A DNA stretch of 64,000 bases from an uncultured Candidatus Actinomarina sp. (GTDB lineage Bacteria > Actinomycetota > Acidimicrobiia > Actinomarinales > Actinomarinaceae). The DNA is taken from the NCBI GenBank assembly GCA_902565645.1, contig CACFFJ010000002.1, positions 39,105-103,104 of the forward strand, given 5' to 3'. The first letter of the stretch is position 1. The number at the start of each line of letters is the position of its first letter. Shown piece after piece: positions 1 to 9,543 of this stretch. The notes beneath the pieces are model-generated. The model did not search any database and was not told where the DNA came from. It was given only the letters and a program-made list of their open reading frames with translations. A program made the position numbers and the translations under genes.

Positions 1-345
1 GCCAGCAAATAAAACTATTAATCCAACAGTGGTCGATAAAACTCTCTGATTTAAATAGTTCAAACAGAGCAGCCCTAGAGGCCCTCCAACTATTCTTCCA
101 AGCAATAAATTTTTCATTGGATACCATCTAATCTCTGATTGTTCCCTTCTGAATATTTTTATTGTTAAAGGAAGAGCTAAGAGACTAAGTAAAACTGGTA
201 CAAGTGCTGGATCTATTTGAACAAGGATTGGTGAAGATAGTACCGCAAAGCCATATCCTAAAATCCCCTGTATGGATGATGCAATAAAGAAGAGGGCTCC
301 AATTAAGAGTATTTCAAATATTGTTAGGTCAAATGGTAAATTCAA
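1..345 (-). CDS. TauE/SafE (TSUP) family membrane transporter, N-terminal part; the gene continues past the window start
   Basis: The minus-strand frame is open from 345 to position 1. Translation from TTG 345-343 reads LNLPFDLTIFEILLIGALFFIASSIQGILGYGFAVLSSPILVQIDPALVPVLLSLLALPL..., which is the glycine-rich N-terminal repeat typical of TauE/SafE permeases. The TTG start overlaps the stop of the upstream SelW-like gene (sequence TTGA). Confidence 0.5.
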   Translation of the reverse strand, partial: MNLPFDLTIFEILLIGALFFIASSIQGILGYGFAVLSSPILVQIDPALVPVLLSLLALPLTIKIFRREQSEIRWYPMKNLLLGRIVGGPLGLLCLNYLNQRVLSTTVGLIVLFAG

Positions 346-578
346 CTAAGAGCTTTTTCTATTAAGCCTAGTATCTCTCCATCTTCTGTATGTCTATCCT
401 TTTCTATTTTTGAAAATATCAAATCACCGTTTAAGTAAAATTCAAATTTTCCACCTGAAGTAGGTATTAAGTCTATAGACTTCACTTCTTGACCGTACTT
501 TTCTAAAATGTCTTCAACCGTACTAACTGCACGGGGTGTGTAGTTTCAAACTACACAAAATTCTAGTTTGATATCCAT
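342..578 (-). CDS. SelW/Rdx-family thiol-oxidoreductase-like protein with in-frame TGA (candidate selenocysteine) in the CxxU motif
   Basis: Manual minus-strand translation from ATG 578-576 gives MDIKLEFCVV[TGA]NYTPRAVSTVEDILEKYGQEVKSIDLIPTSGGKFEFYLNGDLIFSKIEKDRHTEDGEILGLIEKALS* (stop 344-342). The TGA at 546-548 falls exactly on the second redox residue of the Rdx/SelW CxxU/CxxC motif (I-E-[YF]-C-x-x-[UC]). The rest matches the Rdx family (GGxFEV, LIFSK). It is absent from the ORF track because of the internal TGA. Confidence 0.6.
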
Positions 579-685
579 AATGAAATAGTATCACATCAGA
601 AATAATTAGAAAGTTTTCCAAATACTTGCATGCTGAAGATAATGTTGTTACTCTTGTGAATATATTCACAAAGTAGAGGAATGGA

Positions 686-880
686 ATGACTGACGGACTA
701 AAAGCTAGTCAAATAAAAGGTGGCATTAGGCCATCAAAAAGTTTTGAGCAGGGTAGGGTTTGCAATGATGAGTCTTGTGAAACCAAATTAAGTATTTACA
801 ACAAGAGAGATTTTTGTTTTAATCACGCTCCAGTAAAGTACCCAAGGGTAAGAGGGCGTATCCTTCAAGAAACTGCATAA
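686..880 (+). CDS. hypothetical small Cys-containing protein (C-x4-C ... C-x2-H, zinc-ribbon-like)
   Basis: 64-aa ORF with a CNDESC ... CFNH spacing; no recognisable family. It is divergent from the SelW-like gene. Confidence 0.3.
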   Translation: MTDGLKASQIKGGIRPSKSFEQGRVCNDESCETKLSIYNKRDFCFNHAPVKYPRVRGRILQETA

Positions 881-941
881 TAAAAAGCAGTAAGCAAATC
901 AGGGACTATCTATATAAGCCTTAGATTATTAATATTGTTTT

Positions 942-1145
942 ATGGATTTAAAATTTAACGTACCTGAAATAAGCTGTGATCATTGTAAAAATACAATTGA
1001 GGAACTATTAAACAGCCAAGAAAATATAGATAGCGCTGTAGTGGATGTACAGAAAAAAGAAGTTTTTGTTTCTTCAAGTAATCAAGTCTCGATTGATGAA
1101 CTAAAAACATTGCTTGATGATCATGGATACACAGTTGTCGAATGA
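942..1145 (+). CDS. copZ: copper chaperone CopZ (heavy-metal-associated domain)
   Basis: 67 aa with an HMA-fold metal-binding motif ISCDHCKNTIE (MxCxxC type), immediately upstream of the P-type ATPase. Confidence 0.75.
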   Translation: MDLKFNVPEISCDHCKNTIEELLNSQENIDSAVVDVQKKEVFVSSSNQVSIDELKTLLDDHGYTVVE

Positions 1146-3181
1146 CGGAAGTCCTCTAACCCTCTCTATTGAGGGAATGACTTGTGCTGCTTGTGCGGCA
1201 AGAATAGAGAGGGTACTTAAGAAAGATGATTCTTTAGAAAGCGTTGCGGTTAATTTCCCATTAAAGAAAGCAATTATAGAGTCTAAAAAATCCATTGATA
1301 TTAATGATGTAATTGAAAAAATTAAATCAATTGGATACTCTGCTGTAGTTTATGAAGAGGTTGAAAACAATGAAAATACACTTGTAAAATTTGTTAAACC
1401 TTTTGTTTCCTTGTTGTTGACAGTAATTTTAAAACCTCTGTTAATTAAAAATGGTTTTACTTATCAGGCAATAGGTATAGCTTTTCTAATAATTTTTGTC
1501 TTCGGATATAGGTTTCATGTATCTGCAGTAAAGAATTTATTAAGATTTAATTTTAATATGGATACCTTGATTTCCATTGGAAGCTTTTCATCATTTATTT
1601 TCGCAATGTTGTCTACAGAGCAGCCTTTGATGTTTCTTGAGACAGGAGCTTATATAGTTTCATTTATATTGATTGGAAAGACAATTGAAGAAATATCAAT
1701 TAAATCTTCTATAGAAATTTCAGATGCTCTTATAGATTTAATTCCTAAAGATGTAAGAGTTTCAAGTGGTAATTATGTAATGAAAAATATTAATGAAGTA
1801 AGTAAAAATGAAGAGATTGTTATATTTCCAGGAGAAGTAATACCTTTAGATGGTGTTGTTGCATCTGGAAGCTCTAGTGTTGATGAAAGTTTAATTACAG
1901 GTGAATCTATACCTGTAGAAAAAAATGAAGAAAGCTTTGTTGTTGCGGGAACAATAAATCTTACTGGTGAGCTTAAAGTAAGAGTTTCAAAAATAAGTGG
2001 AGAGACAACATTTAATTTAATTGAAAAAATGATATTTAATGCACAAACAACAAAACCTTCCGTTCAAAAAAACAATAGATAAAGTTACTCAAGTTTTTGT
2101 TCCTTTTGTTCTCATTATCAGTTTTACAACTTTTCTCTTAAGAATAACTATTTACAATCAAGAAATTTTTGAAGCAATTAAAGTAGCTATATCAGTTTTA
2201 GTAATAGCTTGTCCATGTGCCTTAGGGTTAGCTGTCCCAATTGTTTTATTTAGAACCGCATCTATATCAAATGAAAAAGGTTTTTTATTTAAAAATTTTG
2301 ATTATTTACAAAAATTAACAAAAGTTACTTCGATTGTTTTTGACAAAACTGGAACAATCACTACTGGCATTTTTAAAGTAAAAAGCATTACCTCTAAAAA
2401 TGGTCAAGAAAATGATTCAGTACTTCAATATGTTGCAAGCTTGGAGCAACAATCAAATCATCCTATTGCTAAAAGTATCTTGCTTGAAGCAGAGAGTAAA
2501 GATATACCATTACTCCCTACTTCAGATTTTATAGAAAAAGTTGGTGTGGGCGTTGAAGGAAATGTAGATGGAAAAAGTGTTTCTGTTAGTAAAGCTTTGG
2601 GTGGTGAAAATACTGTAACAACTTTAAATGTAGAAATTGAGAAAAAACAATTTACCATTGAACTGGAAGAGGAATCTCAAATTGATTCAGATTTTATAAA
2701 CAACTTAACAGAAGATTATGAAGTTTCTATCTTGTCAGGTGATAGTTATAAAAAAGTTCAGAAATTTGGAGAGTTGTTAGGAGTCAAAGATTCTCTTGGC
2801 GATCAAACCCCTGAAGACAAAGTTTCATATATAAAAAAACTTCAAAGAGACAGGACAGTTGCATTCTTGGGGGATGGAATTAATGACTCACCAGCTTTAA
2901 AACAAGCCGATGTAGGTATTGCAAGTACTCACAGCACCCAAATAGCTCAAAGTGCGGGAGACATAATTATTCACAAAGGTGGGATAGGTAAAATAATTGA
3001 GATAATTAGTGTTGCTATAAAGTCACAAAATAGAATAAAGCAGAATCTATTTCTAGCTTTTGTCTATAACACAGCAATGATTCCAATAGCCATATCAGGT
3101 AATATTTCACCAAATATGGCTGCCTTGGCTATGGCTGCTTCTAGTGTTTCTGTTGTTTTCAACTCTGCAAGAAAACTATAA
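1114..3181 (+). CDS. copA: copper-translocating P1B-type ATPase CopA, interrupted by a frameshift in an A7 run at 2066-2072
   Basis: ORF 1114-2082 carries an HMA motif GMTCAACAARIE and the actuator TGES (ITGESIPVEK). ORF 2039-3181 carries CPC (IACPCALGLA), the DKTGTIT phosphorylation site and GDGINDSPAL. The two frames join across caaaaaaac (2066-2072): frame 1 reads AQTTKPSVQK, frame 2 reads IDKVTQVFVPF, and together they reconstitute the conserved CopA segment if one A is removed. Confidence 0.8.
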
Positions 3182-3217
3182 AAAAATTTTCTAGTTAAAT
3201 CCTTACAGGGTTAACCT

Positions 3218-4075
3218 TTGGATATGGAAGACGTAATTTGGCACAGAAAACCCTTATTGTCTGAACCTGTTGCTGTATTAGCATTCGAAGGATGGAGTGA
3301 TGCTGGAAATACTGCGAGTGGTTGTATAGAAAACTTATCTGGTACATTTGATATCGAACCATTTGCAGAGTTAAATTCTGAAGGTTTTTATAACTACCAA
3401 ATGCGAAGACCTATTGTCGAAGTAAAAGATATTGGAGAAAGAAACTTTCACTGGCCTCAAACGTCGTTCTATTCTATTGAAGACTACAAGTTAAAAAATG
3501 ATTTAATTTTAGTTTTCGGAGAAGAGCCTGCAATGAAATGGAAAAATTATTCTTATAACATCTCTAATGTTCTTTTAGATTTAGGAGTTAAAAAAGCTGT
3601 TACACTTGGTGCATTTTTTGGTCAGGTTGCCCATACTCTTCCTGTACCAATTTTTGGGGTCAGTGATGATCCAACTTTTCATGCAAGATATAATGTTTTG
3701 CCAACAAACTATTCCGGTCCTACAGGGATAACAAGTGTTGTAGGTCATGATTTAAGAGGTAACGGTATTGAAACTGCTGGTTTGTGGGCTGCTGTTCCTC
3801 ACTATCTCAGTGCAGGTGGGTATCCAAAAGGAATTAGTGCTTTGTTAAATAAAACAGCTGAAATATTGGATATAGAAGTTGATGATACTGGAATACAAAC
3901 AGAAGGTCAGCAGTTCGATATGAAGATAAACAAAGCAATGGAGAACTCTAGAGACCTTGCTGATTATGTTTCTAAATTAGAAGAAGCCGAAGTTAATATT
4001 GAAGATAACTTCTCAGAAGATAACCTAGTTGAACAAATTGAGGATTTCCTAAATAATGAAGGCAGGGAAACTTAA
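3218..4075 (+). CDS. PAC2 (proteasome assembly chaperone 2)-family protein
   Basis: 285 aa; the N-terminal LAFEGWSDAGNTAS motif resembles the actinobacterial PAC2 family signature (AFEGWNDAG). Confidence 0.5.
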   Translation: MDMEDVIWHRKPLLSEPVAVLAFEGWSDAGNTASGCIENLSGTFDIEPFAELNSEGFYNYQMRRPIVEVKDIGERNFHWPQTSFYSIEDYKLKNDLILVFGEEPAMKWKNYSYNISNVLLDLGVKKAVTLGAFFGQVAHTLPVPIFGVSDDPTFHARYNVLPTNYSGPTGITSVVGHDLRGNGIETAGLWAAVPHYLSAGGYPKGISALLNKTAEILDIEVDDTGIQTEGQQFDMKINKAMENSRDLADYVSKLEEAEVNIEDNFSEDNLVEQIEDFLNNEGRET

Positions 4076-4167
4076 ACGCTCTTCTTCTTGTGTCTATTTG
4101 ACTTACGACGTTTTCTGTATTTATGTTTAGACATTTTTTTACGTCGTTTTTTTATCAAAGATCCCAT
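4072..4167 (-). CDS. 30S ribosomal protein bS22 (actinobacterial very small basic r-protein)
   Basis: Manual translation of the minus strand gives MGSLIKKRRKKMSKHKYRKRRKSNRHKKKSV* (31 aa). This closely resembles mycobacterial bS22 (MGSVIKKRRKRM.KKKHRK...). It is not in the ORF track because it is shorter than 60 aa. Confidence 0.65.
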   Translation of the reverse strand: MGSLIKKRRKKMSKHKYRKRRKSNRHKKKSV

Positions 4168-4218
4168 AAATCGTTTTCTATTCCCTTTTTTCTCGGACTG
4201 AAGCAGTGTAGTCGAATT

Positions 4219-5109
4219 CTAGAACTTTAGTGAAAGATGTTTTTCAAAATTTTTTGAATTAACAGTCTCTAAAACAAGCTTAATTTTCTTTTTTCCTTGA
4301 TTTAAGTACTCTTTATCAGCCTCTTCGTCCAATTCTCCTTTTTTTGTTGCCCACAAACCCCAAGTAAGACATGTTAAATATCTATATAAATTCCATAAAA
4401 CTTGCTGCTCAGTATTTTTTTCAAGCTTTAATTTGTAGAAAATCTCCTTTCTTTGTTCTTCTTCAATGTTTTGTTGACAACAAAGATCACCGTAATCAAA
4501 GAAGCGACTTGCCATTCCTGAATATTCCCAGTCAATTAAATACATTTCTTCTTCTAACAAAATAAAGTTTGGACCAAAAATATCCTTATGACAAGGGACT
4601 AATTTCTCTTCAATTTTGTTTATTTTTTCTATTAAAAACTCTCCTGTTTCACCAATTTCTTTATATTTTTCTTCATAATTAGTCTGTTGAAAAAAAACAT
4701 TATGGTCGAAACATTTATAAAATTTTATTCCACTTTTGTGTAATTTGTCTAACGTATCAAGAGCTTTGTCTAGGTACTCTTTACTTTTAAGCTCTTCTGG
4801 TTCTAAAGCTTTTAGATTTTCCTTAAACTCAGATATTTTTACTCCACTATCTACATCAAAATAAAGAAATGGTAATGTTAGTCCTGCTTCGACAGCAACT
4901 AATTGATTATTCTTTTCTGCTTCTCGATTAAGAGAAGTATCTGGGTTTTTCCCAGGAAGTCGTAAAACAAACTTCTGGCTTCCAATTTCAACTTTAAAGT
5001 TAACGTTAGTTATCCCACCTAGTCTTGAAACTTTATAACTATCAAAATTAGAGATAGTTGTTATCTCGGACTTTAAAAAAATATCTACTATTTCTTTTGT
5101 ATCTACCAT
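4219..5109 (-). CDS. phosphotransferase-family kinase (APH/choline-ethanolamine kinase-like)
   Basis: 296 aa with a catalytic-loop-like CHKDIFGPNFIL and the IDWEYSG motif typical of choline/ethanolamine/aminoglycoside kinase-like folds. Confidence 0.55.
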   Translation of the reverse strand: MVDTKEIVDIFLKSEITTISNFDSYKVSRLGGITNVNFKVEIGSQKFVLRLPGKNPDTSLNREAEKNNQLVAVEAGLTLPFLYFDVDSGVKISEFKENLKALEPEELKSKEYLDKALDTLDKLHKSGIKFYKCFDHNVFFQQTNYEEKYKEIGETGEFLIEKINKIEEKLVPCHKDIFGPNFILLEEEMYLIDWEYSGMASRFFDYGDLCCQQNIEEEQRKEIFYKLKLEKNTEQQVLWNLYRYLTCLTWGLWATKKGELDEEADKEYLNQGKKKIKLVLETVNSKNFEKHLSLKF

Positions 5110-5132
5110 CTTATTAACATAACAATAATGCT

Positions 5133-5330
5133 ATGAATGATCCATTTGCACTAAATTTAACAATAAATTTACTCCTATTAGGAGTTGGAGGTGCAATGTT
5201 TGCTGGAAATTTGTTTGCATATATTAATAAAAGAAAAGAAGATAAAGAACTATATCTATCTAGAACTATATTTCTAGGAGTGGTGGGGTTCTTGATAACT
5301 TTTTGGTCACTTGCATCAATTCTAAATTAA
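5133..5330 (+). CDS. hypothetical small membrane protein (2 predicted TM helices)
   Basis: 65-aa hydrophobic ORF; no family recognised. Confidence 0.25.
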   Translation: MNDPFALNLTINLLLLGVGGAMFAGNLFAYINKRKEDKELYLSRTIFLGVVGFLITFWSLASILN

Positions 5331-5378
5331 TAAAAAAATGATAAAGTGGGTTATTATATTCAAAGGACAAAAGGAATT

Positions 5379-5942
5379 ATGCTTTCAGACATAGATATAA
5401 AAAAAGCCTTAGAAGAGAAATGGATTGAAGTTTCTCCTCTGGATAAAGGCTTTATACAGCCATCAAGCATAGATTTAAAAGTGGGATATGAATTTAGGGT
5501 GTTCGAAAATCATAAATATAGTCACATTGATCCTAAAGCTGAGCAAGAAGATTTAACTACTTTAGTTACAGCAACGGTTGAGGAACCTTTTGTATTACAT
5601 CCAGGTGAGTTTGTACTTGGTACTACATTTGAGAAAGTTACATTATCTAATAAGGTAGTCGCTAGATTAGAGGGAAAGTCATCCTTAGGAAGAATTGGTT
5701 TATTAATTCATTCAACTGCTGGGTTTGTTGATCCTGGCTTTTCAGGTTATTTAACCTTAGAGCTTTCCAATGTAGCAAATTTACCAATAATGATTTATCC
5801 AGAAATGAAGATAGGGCAAATTTCTTTCTATTATTTAAACTCCCCGTCTGAGTCCGAGTACGGTTCTGAGAACTACGGTAGTAAATATCAAGGACAAGAA
5901 GGGCCAACTCCTAGTAGAAGCCATTCAGATTTTAATAAGTAA
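5379..5942 (+). CDS. dcd: dCTP deaminase (probably the bifunctional dCTP deaminase/dUTPase type with C-terminal extension)
   Basis: MLSDIDIKKALEEKWIEVSPLD...PSSIDLKVG matches the dCTP deaminase family. The ORF track starts at GTG 5346, but the ATG at 5379 has an upstream AAGGA. The Ser/Tyr-rich C-terminal tail is as seen in actinobacterial Dcd. Confidence 0.8.
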   Translation: MLSDIDIKKALEEKWIEVSPLDKGFIQPSSIDLKVGYEFRVFENHKYSHIDPKAEQEDLTTLVTATVEEPFVLHPGEFVLGTTFEKVTLSNKVVARLEGKSSLGRIGLLIHSTAGFVDPGFSGYLTLELSNVANLPIMIYPEMKIGQISFYYLNSPSESEYGSENYGSKYQGQEGPTPSRSHSDFNK

Positions 5943-6658
5943 TGATTCCAGGAATTGGAACAATTGTTAATGGGCTAGGTGTTATTTTTGTTGGTGTCTT
6001 ATCCAGGATAATTTTTAAAAAAGAATTAAAAAATTTTGAACAAAATTTACTTCCCCTGGGTTTATTAGTCTTAGCTTTAGGTTTAAGAGAATCATTAAAA
6101 AGTCCTGATTTCGTTAGTTTATTAAATTTTGAAGTCTCCGGTTTTATATTTACTCTTTTCGCAGTAATACTCGGAGCAGTAATTGGCAACCTGTTAAAAA
6201 TTGAAGAAAAAATCAAAGCATTTGGAGATTACCTATATGAGAGATTCGAAAAATCTGACCCTGATCAAACAAAATTTATCGAAAGTTATCTGACTACAAC
6301 TCTAATTGTAATAACTGGGCCACTAGCAATTATTGGACCTTTTTTTGATGTAGTTGAATCAAATTTAGAGTTGTTATTAATTAAAACCGCATTAGATTGC
6401 TTCCTTGTTATATTTATTACCTCAAGCGGTGGTAAGGGAGCCGTTTATTCAGGTGTTTCGATTTTAATTTATCAAGGATTCTTTACTCTTTGTGCATTAT
6501 TAATAAACACAAACATTGAGGCAGTTGTTTCGGACTCAATTGCTGGAATTGGAGGAATTTTACTAATTGGTGTTGGAATAAACCTTTTAGGAATTAAAAA
6601 AATACCTGTTGGAAACTATATTTTGAGTCTTTTTGTTCCTTTTATTCTGACATTGTAA
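5942..6658 (+). CDS. DUF554 (YqgA-like) membrane protein
   Basis: 238 aa polytopic membrane protein. An N-terminal MIPGIGTIVNGLGVIFVGVLS pattern and an internal repeat are typical of DUF554. Confidence 0.45.
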   Translation: MIPGIGTIVNGLGVIFVGVLSRIIFKKELKNFEQNLLPLGLLVLALGLRESLKSPDFVSLLNFEVSGFIFTLFAVILGAVIGNLLKIEEKIKAFGDYLYERFEKSDPDQTKFIESYLTTTLIVITGPLAIIGPFFDVVESNLELLLIKTALDCFLVIFITSSGGKGAVYSGVSILIYQGFFTLCALLINTNIEAVVSDSIAGIGGILLIGVGINLLGIKKIPVGNYILSLFVPFILTL

Positions 6659-7328
6659 AAACTCTAGTTGCGCCTTCTACTCCTTCGAAAATAGATATTA
6701 TTTTTTTGGATTCTTCTTCAAAGCTTGAAGTAACGTTTTCGGGAGATCTAATATTAAAGGCTCTGTTCTTAAAATCAATTTCTACAGGAACGTACGGTAT
6801 GTTTAGTTCCTTGGCTAAATAATAAAACCCACTTCTAAATTTAGGAACGAGTTCAGTTCCAGCTTCAGGTGCTATCAATAAAAGATAATTGTCCATTGTA
6901 GAAAATTTCTCAATTGCTGCTTTTATGGTTCCTCTTGAATTGACCCTGTACACAGGAACTCCGCCAAGTCTAATTAATATTATTTTTTGTAGCCAACCTA
7001 AGGGCCATGGAATTCCCAGTTTGTCTAAATTTTTAGAGAAAGTTATAAGGCTAGGTAGTCTTGTAAATATCCAGCTTGCTCCATAAAAGGTTACCTTAAG
7101 ATCAAGTGCGAGAACTGCCAATAATCCGTACCATGCATCCCTCATTGCTGAATGGGGAGCTCCAATAAGAACCATTTTGCTTAAATTAGGTATTTCTCCT
7201 GTAATATCCCATTTAAATATTTTTAATAGGAATCTACTTAGGGGTCCTAAAATTATTCTTTTCTTTTGTGGAATTTTTTCTGGTACTTTAATCATTTTGT
7301 ACAATATAACTAGCAATCTGAACAGCAT
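6642..7328 (-). CDS. lysophospholipid acyltransferase (PlsC-like) family protein
   Basis: H-x4-D motif (HSAMRD) followed downstream by APEAGTE (the AP-EGT-R block of glycerolipid acyltransferases). Confidence 0.5.
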   Translation of the reverse strand: MLFRLLVILYKMIKVPEKIPQKKRIILGPLSRFLLKIFKWDITGEIPNLSKMVLIGAPHSAMRDAWYGLLAVLALDLKVTFYGASWIFTRLPSLITFSKNLDKLGIPWPLGWLQKIILIRLGGVPVYRVNSRGTIKAAIEKFSTMDNYLLLIAPEAGTELVPKFRSGFYYLAKELNIPYVPVEIDFKNRAFNIRSPENVTSSFEEESKKIISIFEGVEGATRVFTMSE

Positions 7329-8277
7329 TTAAAGCTGCTCCTTTTAAAAGATTGTCAGAGACTGACCAAAAATTTAATATCTTGTTACTAGAAAGCCCTT
7401 TTCTCATTCTTCCAACTAAAACATCATTGCTTCCTTCTGCGTCCAATGGAGTTGGCAATGTTTCTTCCCAGTATTGGACTCCATTAAAACTATTTAAAAC
7501 ATCTATTGCTTCCTTAACATCAACTTCTTTTTGAAAAGTTGCAGAGCAAAAAACTCCGTGTCCAGTTTCAACTCCAACGCGAGCGTTTGAAGGTTCAACT
7601 ATTAAACTTTTAATATCCAATATTTTTCTTGATTCATTCACAAATTTCATTTCTTCATCTGAGTATCCATTTTCTGTTAAGTTCCCAGCTAAAGGGATTA
7701 CATTTCTTGAAATAGGTCTGGTGTAGAATCCATCTCTATAGTTTGGTTTTAACTCTTCACCTAATTTTTCTTCATTTTTTAAAGACTCAACAGCTGCTCT
7801 GCCTGAACCTGAAACAGCTTGATAAGCAGTAGGAACAATTTTCTCTAATTTATATTTTTCATGTAATGGTTTTAAGACCATTACTAAACCCATTGTTGTA
7901 CAGTTAGGATTAGAAATTAATTTTGTTTCTTTAGAAATTTTATCTTCATTTATTCCGTATACAACTAGTGGGACTTCTTCTTCCATCCTAAAAGCTGAAG
8001 AATTATCAACAACATAAGACCCTTTATTAAGAAAGCTCTTAGCAAATTTTTTTGATCTTTCCCCGCCTGCTGAAAATAAAGAAATGTCATAAGTTTCTAT
8101 GTTTTCTTCTTTAAGTTCCTTCACTTCACAGACTTTTTCATTAACTTTTAATTTTGTTCCGGCTGAATTGCTTGAAGCAAATAATGTATAGGTTGCTTCG
8201 TGGGGTAAGAGTTCTTCACAGATTCTTATTATCTCTCTTCCAACTAATCCTGTAGCGCCTACGATTGCTATTTTCAT
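7288..8277 (-). CDS. asd: aspartate-semialdehyde dehydrogenase
   Basis: MKIAIVGATGLVGREI NAD-binding N-terminus; ~330 aa; immediately downstream of aspartate kinase (actinobacterial ask-asd operon). Confidence 0.9.
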   Translation of the reverse strand: MKIAIVGATGLVGREIIRICEELLPHEATYTLFASSNSAGTKLKVNEKVCEVKELKEENIETYDISLFSAGGERSKKFAKSFLNKGSYVVDNSSAFRMEEEVPLVVYGINEDKISKETKLISNPNCTTMGLVMVLKPLHEKYKLEKIVPTAYQAVSGSGRAAVESLKNEEKLGEELKPNYRDGFYTRPISRNVIPLAGNLTENGYSDEEMKFVNESRKILDIKSLIVEPSNARVGVETGHGVFCSATFQKEVDVKEAIDVLNSFNGVQYWEETLPTPLDAEGSNDVLVGRMRKGLSSNKILNFWSVSDNLLKGAALNAVQIASYIVQND

Positions 8278-9495
8278 TTACTTAGATATAAATTCTTGAT
8301 GCAAAGCTTCTATAGCTTTAGTCATGTCGTCCTTTGGTATAACACATGAAATCCTTATTGGAGAAGTTGATATCATTCCAATATTTATTTTGTTTTTTCC
8401 TAATATTGAAAACATCTTTGAAGCAACTCCTGACTCTGCTTTCATGCCAGCACCAATGATTGAAACCCTACCAATTTCTATGTCTGAATCTGCTCCTTCT
8501 GCATCAAGCTCCTTAGAGAGTTCAGTAAGGATTTTCATTACTTCTTCTTTTTGATCTGATGGAGCAGTGAAGCTAATATCTGTTTTTGAGTCTTTAGAAA
8601 CATTTTGAACAATCATATCAACAATTATTCCACCTTCTGAAAGCGGACTAAATACTTTCCCAGCTATACCTGGTTGGTCGGGAACACCGAAGAGAGTGAA
8701 CTTAGTTTCTTTATCATTGTGTGTAACTCCTCTTACAATTGCTTCTTCCATTGTTTTTTCCTTTACTATTGTTCCTTTATTATTAGTAAATGTTGATTTA
8801 ACAATTATTGGTACATTATACCTTCTACCAAATTCTACCGACCTAGACATTAAGACTCTAGCGCCTGAAGATGCCATCTCTAACATTTCATCATATGTTA
8901 TTTCATCAATAAGCTTTGCTTCCTTAATTATTCTTGGATCTGCAGAATATACGCCATCAACATCAGTGTAAATTTCACATCTATCAGCCTTTAGTGAAGC
9001 AGCTAAAGCAACGGCAGTTGCGTCGGAACCTCCTCTTCCTAGAGTTGTTATTTCCCGAGTTTCTTTATTAACTCCTTGAAATCCAGCAACTATTACAATT
9101 TTACCTTTTTCAATTCCTTCTTTTACTCTCTCGCCTGTTATCTCTTCAATTTCTGCCATCCCGTGTCTAGAAGATGTAATTATCCCAGCTTGTGATCCTG
9201 TTAAGGAAAAACACTCATAGCCTAGGTTGTTCAAATGTATTGCCAAGAGAGACATAGTGATCCTTTCTCCAGCTGACAAGAGCATATCCATTTCTCTAGG
9301 AGATGGTTCATTTGAAAGTTCACTAGCTAATTCAATTAACTCATCTGTGCTAGAACCCATAGCCGAAACCACAACTACTACTTCATTCCCTGCATCCTTG
9401 CATTCTGTGATTCTTTTCGCGACAGTTTTAAGCGAATCAGAATTAGATACGCTTGTTCCTCCAAATTTTTGGATTATTAAACTCATCTGAAACAT
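8278..9495 (-). CDS. lysC: aspartate kinase
   Basis: IQKFGGTSVSNSDSLKTVAKRI N-terminus, 405 aa, C-terminal ACT domains; operonic with asd. Confidence 0.9.
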   Translation of the reverse strand: MFQMSLIIQKFGGTSVSNSDSLKTVAKRITECKDAGNEVVVVVSAMGSSTDELIELASELSNEPSPREMDMLLSAGERITMSLLAIHLNNLGYECFSLTGSQAGIITSSRHGMAEIEEITGERVKEGIEKGKIVIVAGFQGVNKETREITTLGRGGSDATAVALAASLKADRCEIYTDVDGVYSADPRIIKEAKLIDEITYDEMLEMASSGARVLMSRSVEFGRRYNVPIIVKSTFTNNKGTIVKEKTMEEAIVRGVTHNDKETKFTLFGVPDQPGIAGKVFSPLSEGGIIVDMIVQNVSKDSKTDISFTAPSDQKEEVMKILTELSKELDAEGADSDIEIGRVSIIGAGMKAESGVASKMFSILGKNKINIGMISTSPIRISCVIPKDDMTKAIEALHQEFISK

Positions 9496-9543
9496 TCTAA
9501 TGAACTTATTAAAGATTTAACAGACCTAGTACTCTAGTTTGTA

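Noticed and set aside
8324-9490. Plus-strand ORFs 8324-8554, 8696-8971 and 9227-9490 antisense to aspartate kinase
   Set aside because: They lie entirely within lysC on the opposite strand, with Ser/Ile/Leu-rich low-complexity translations, and are treated as artefacts.
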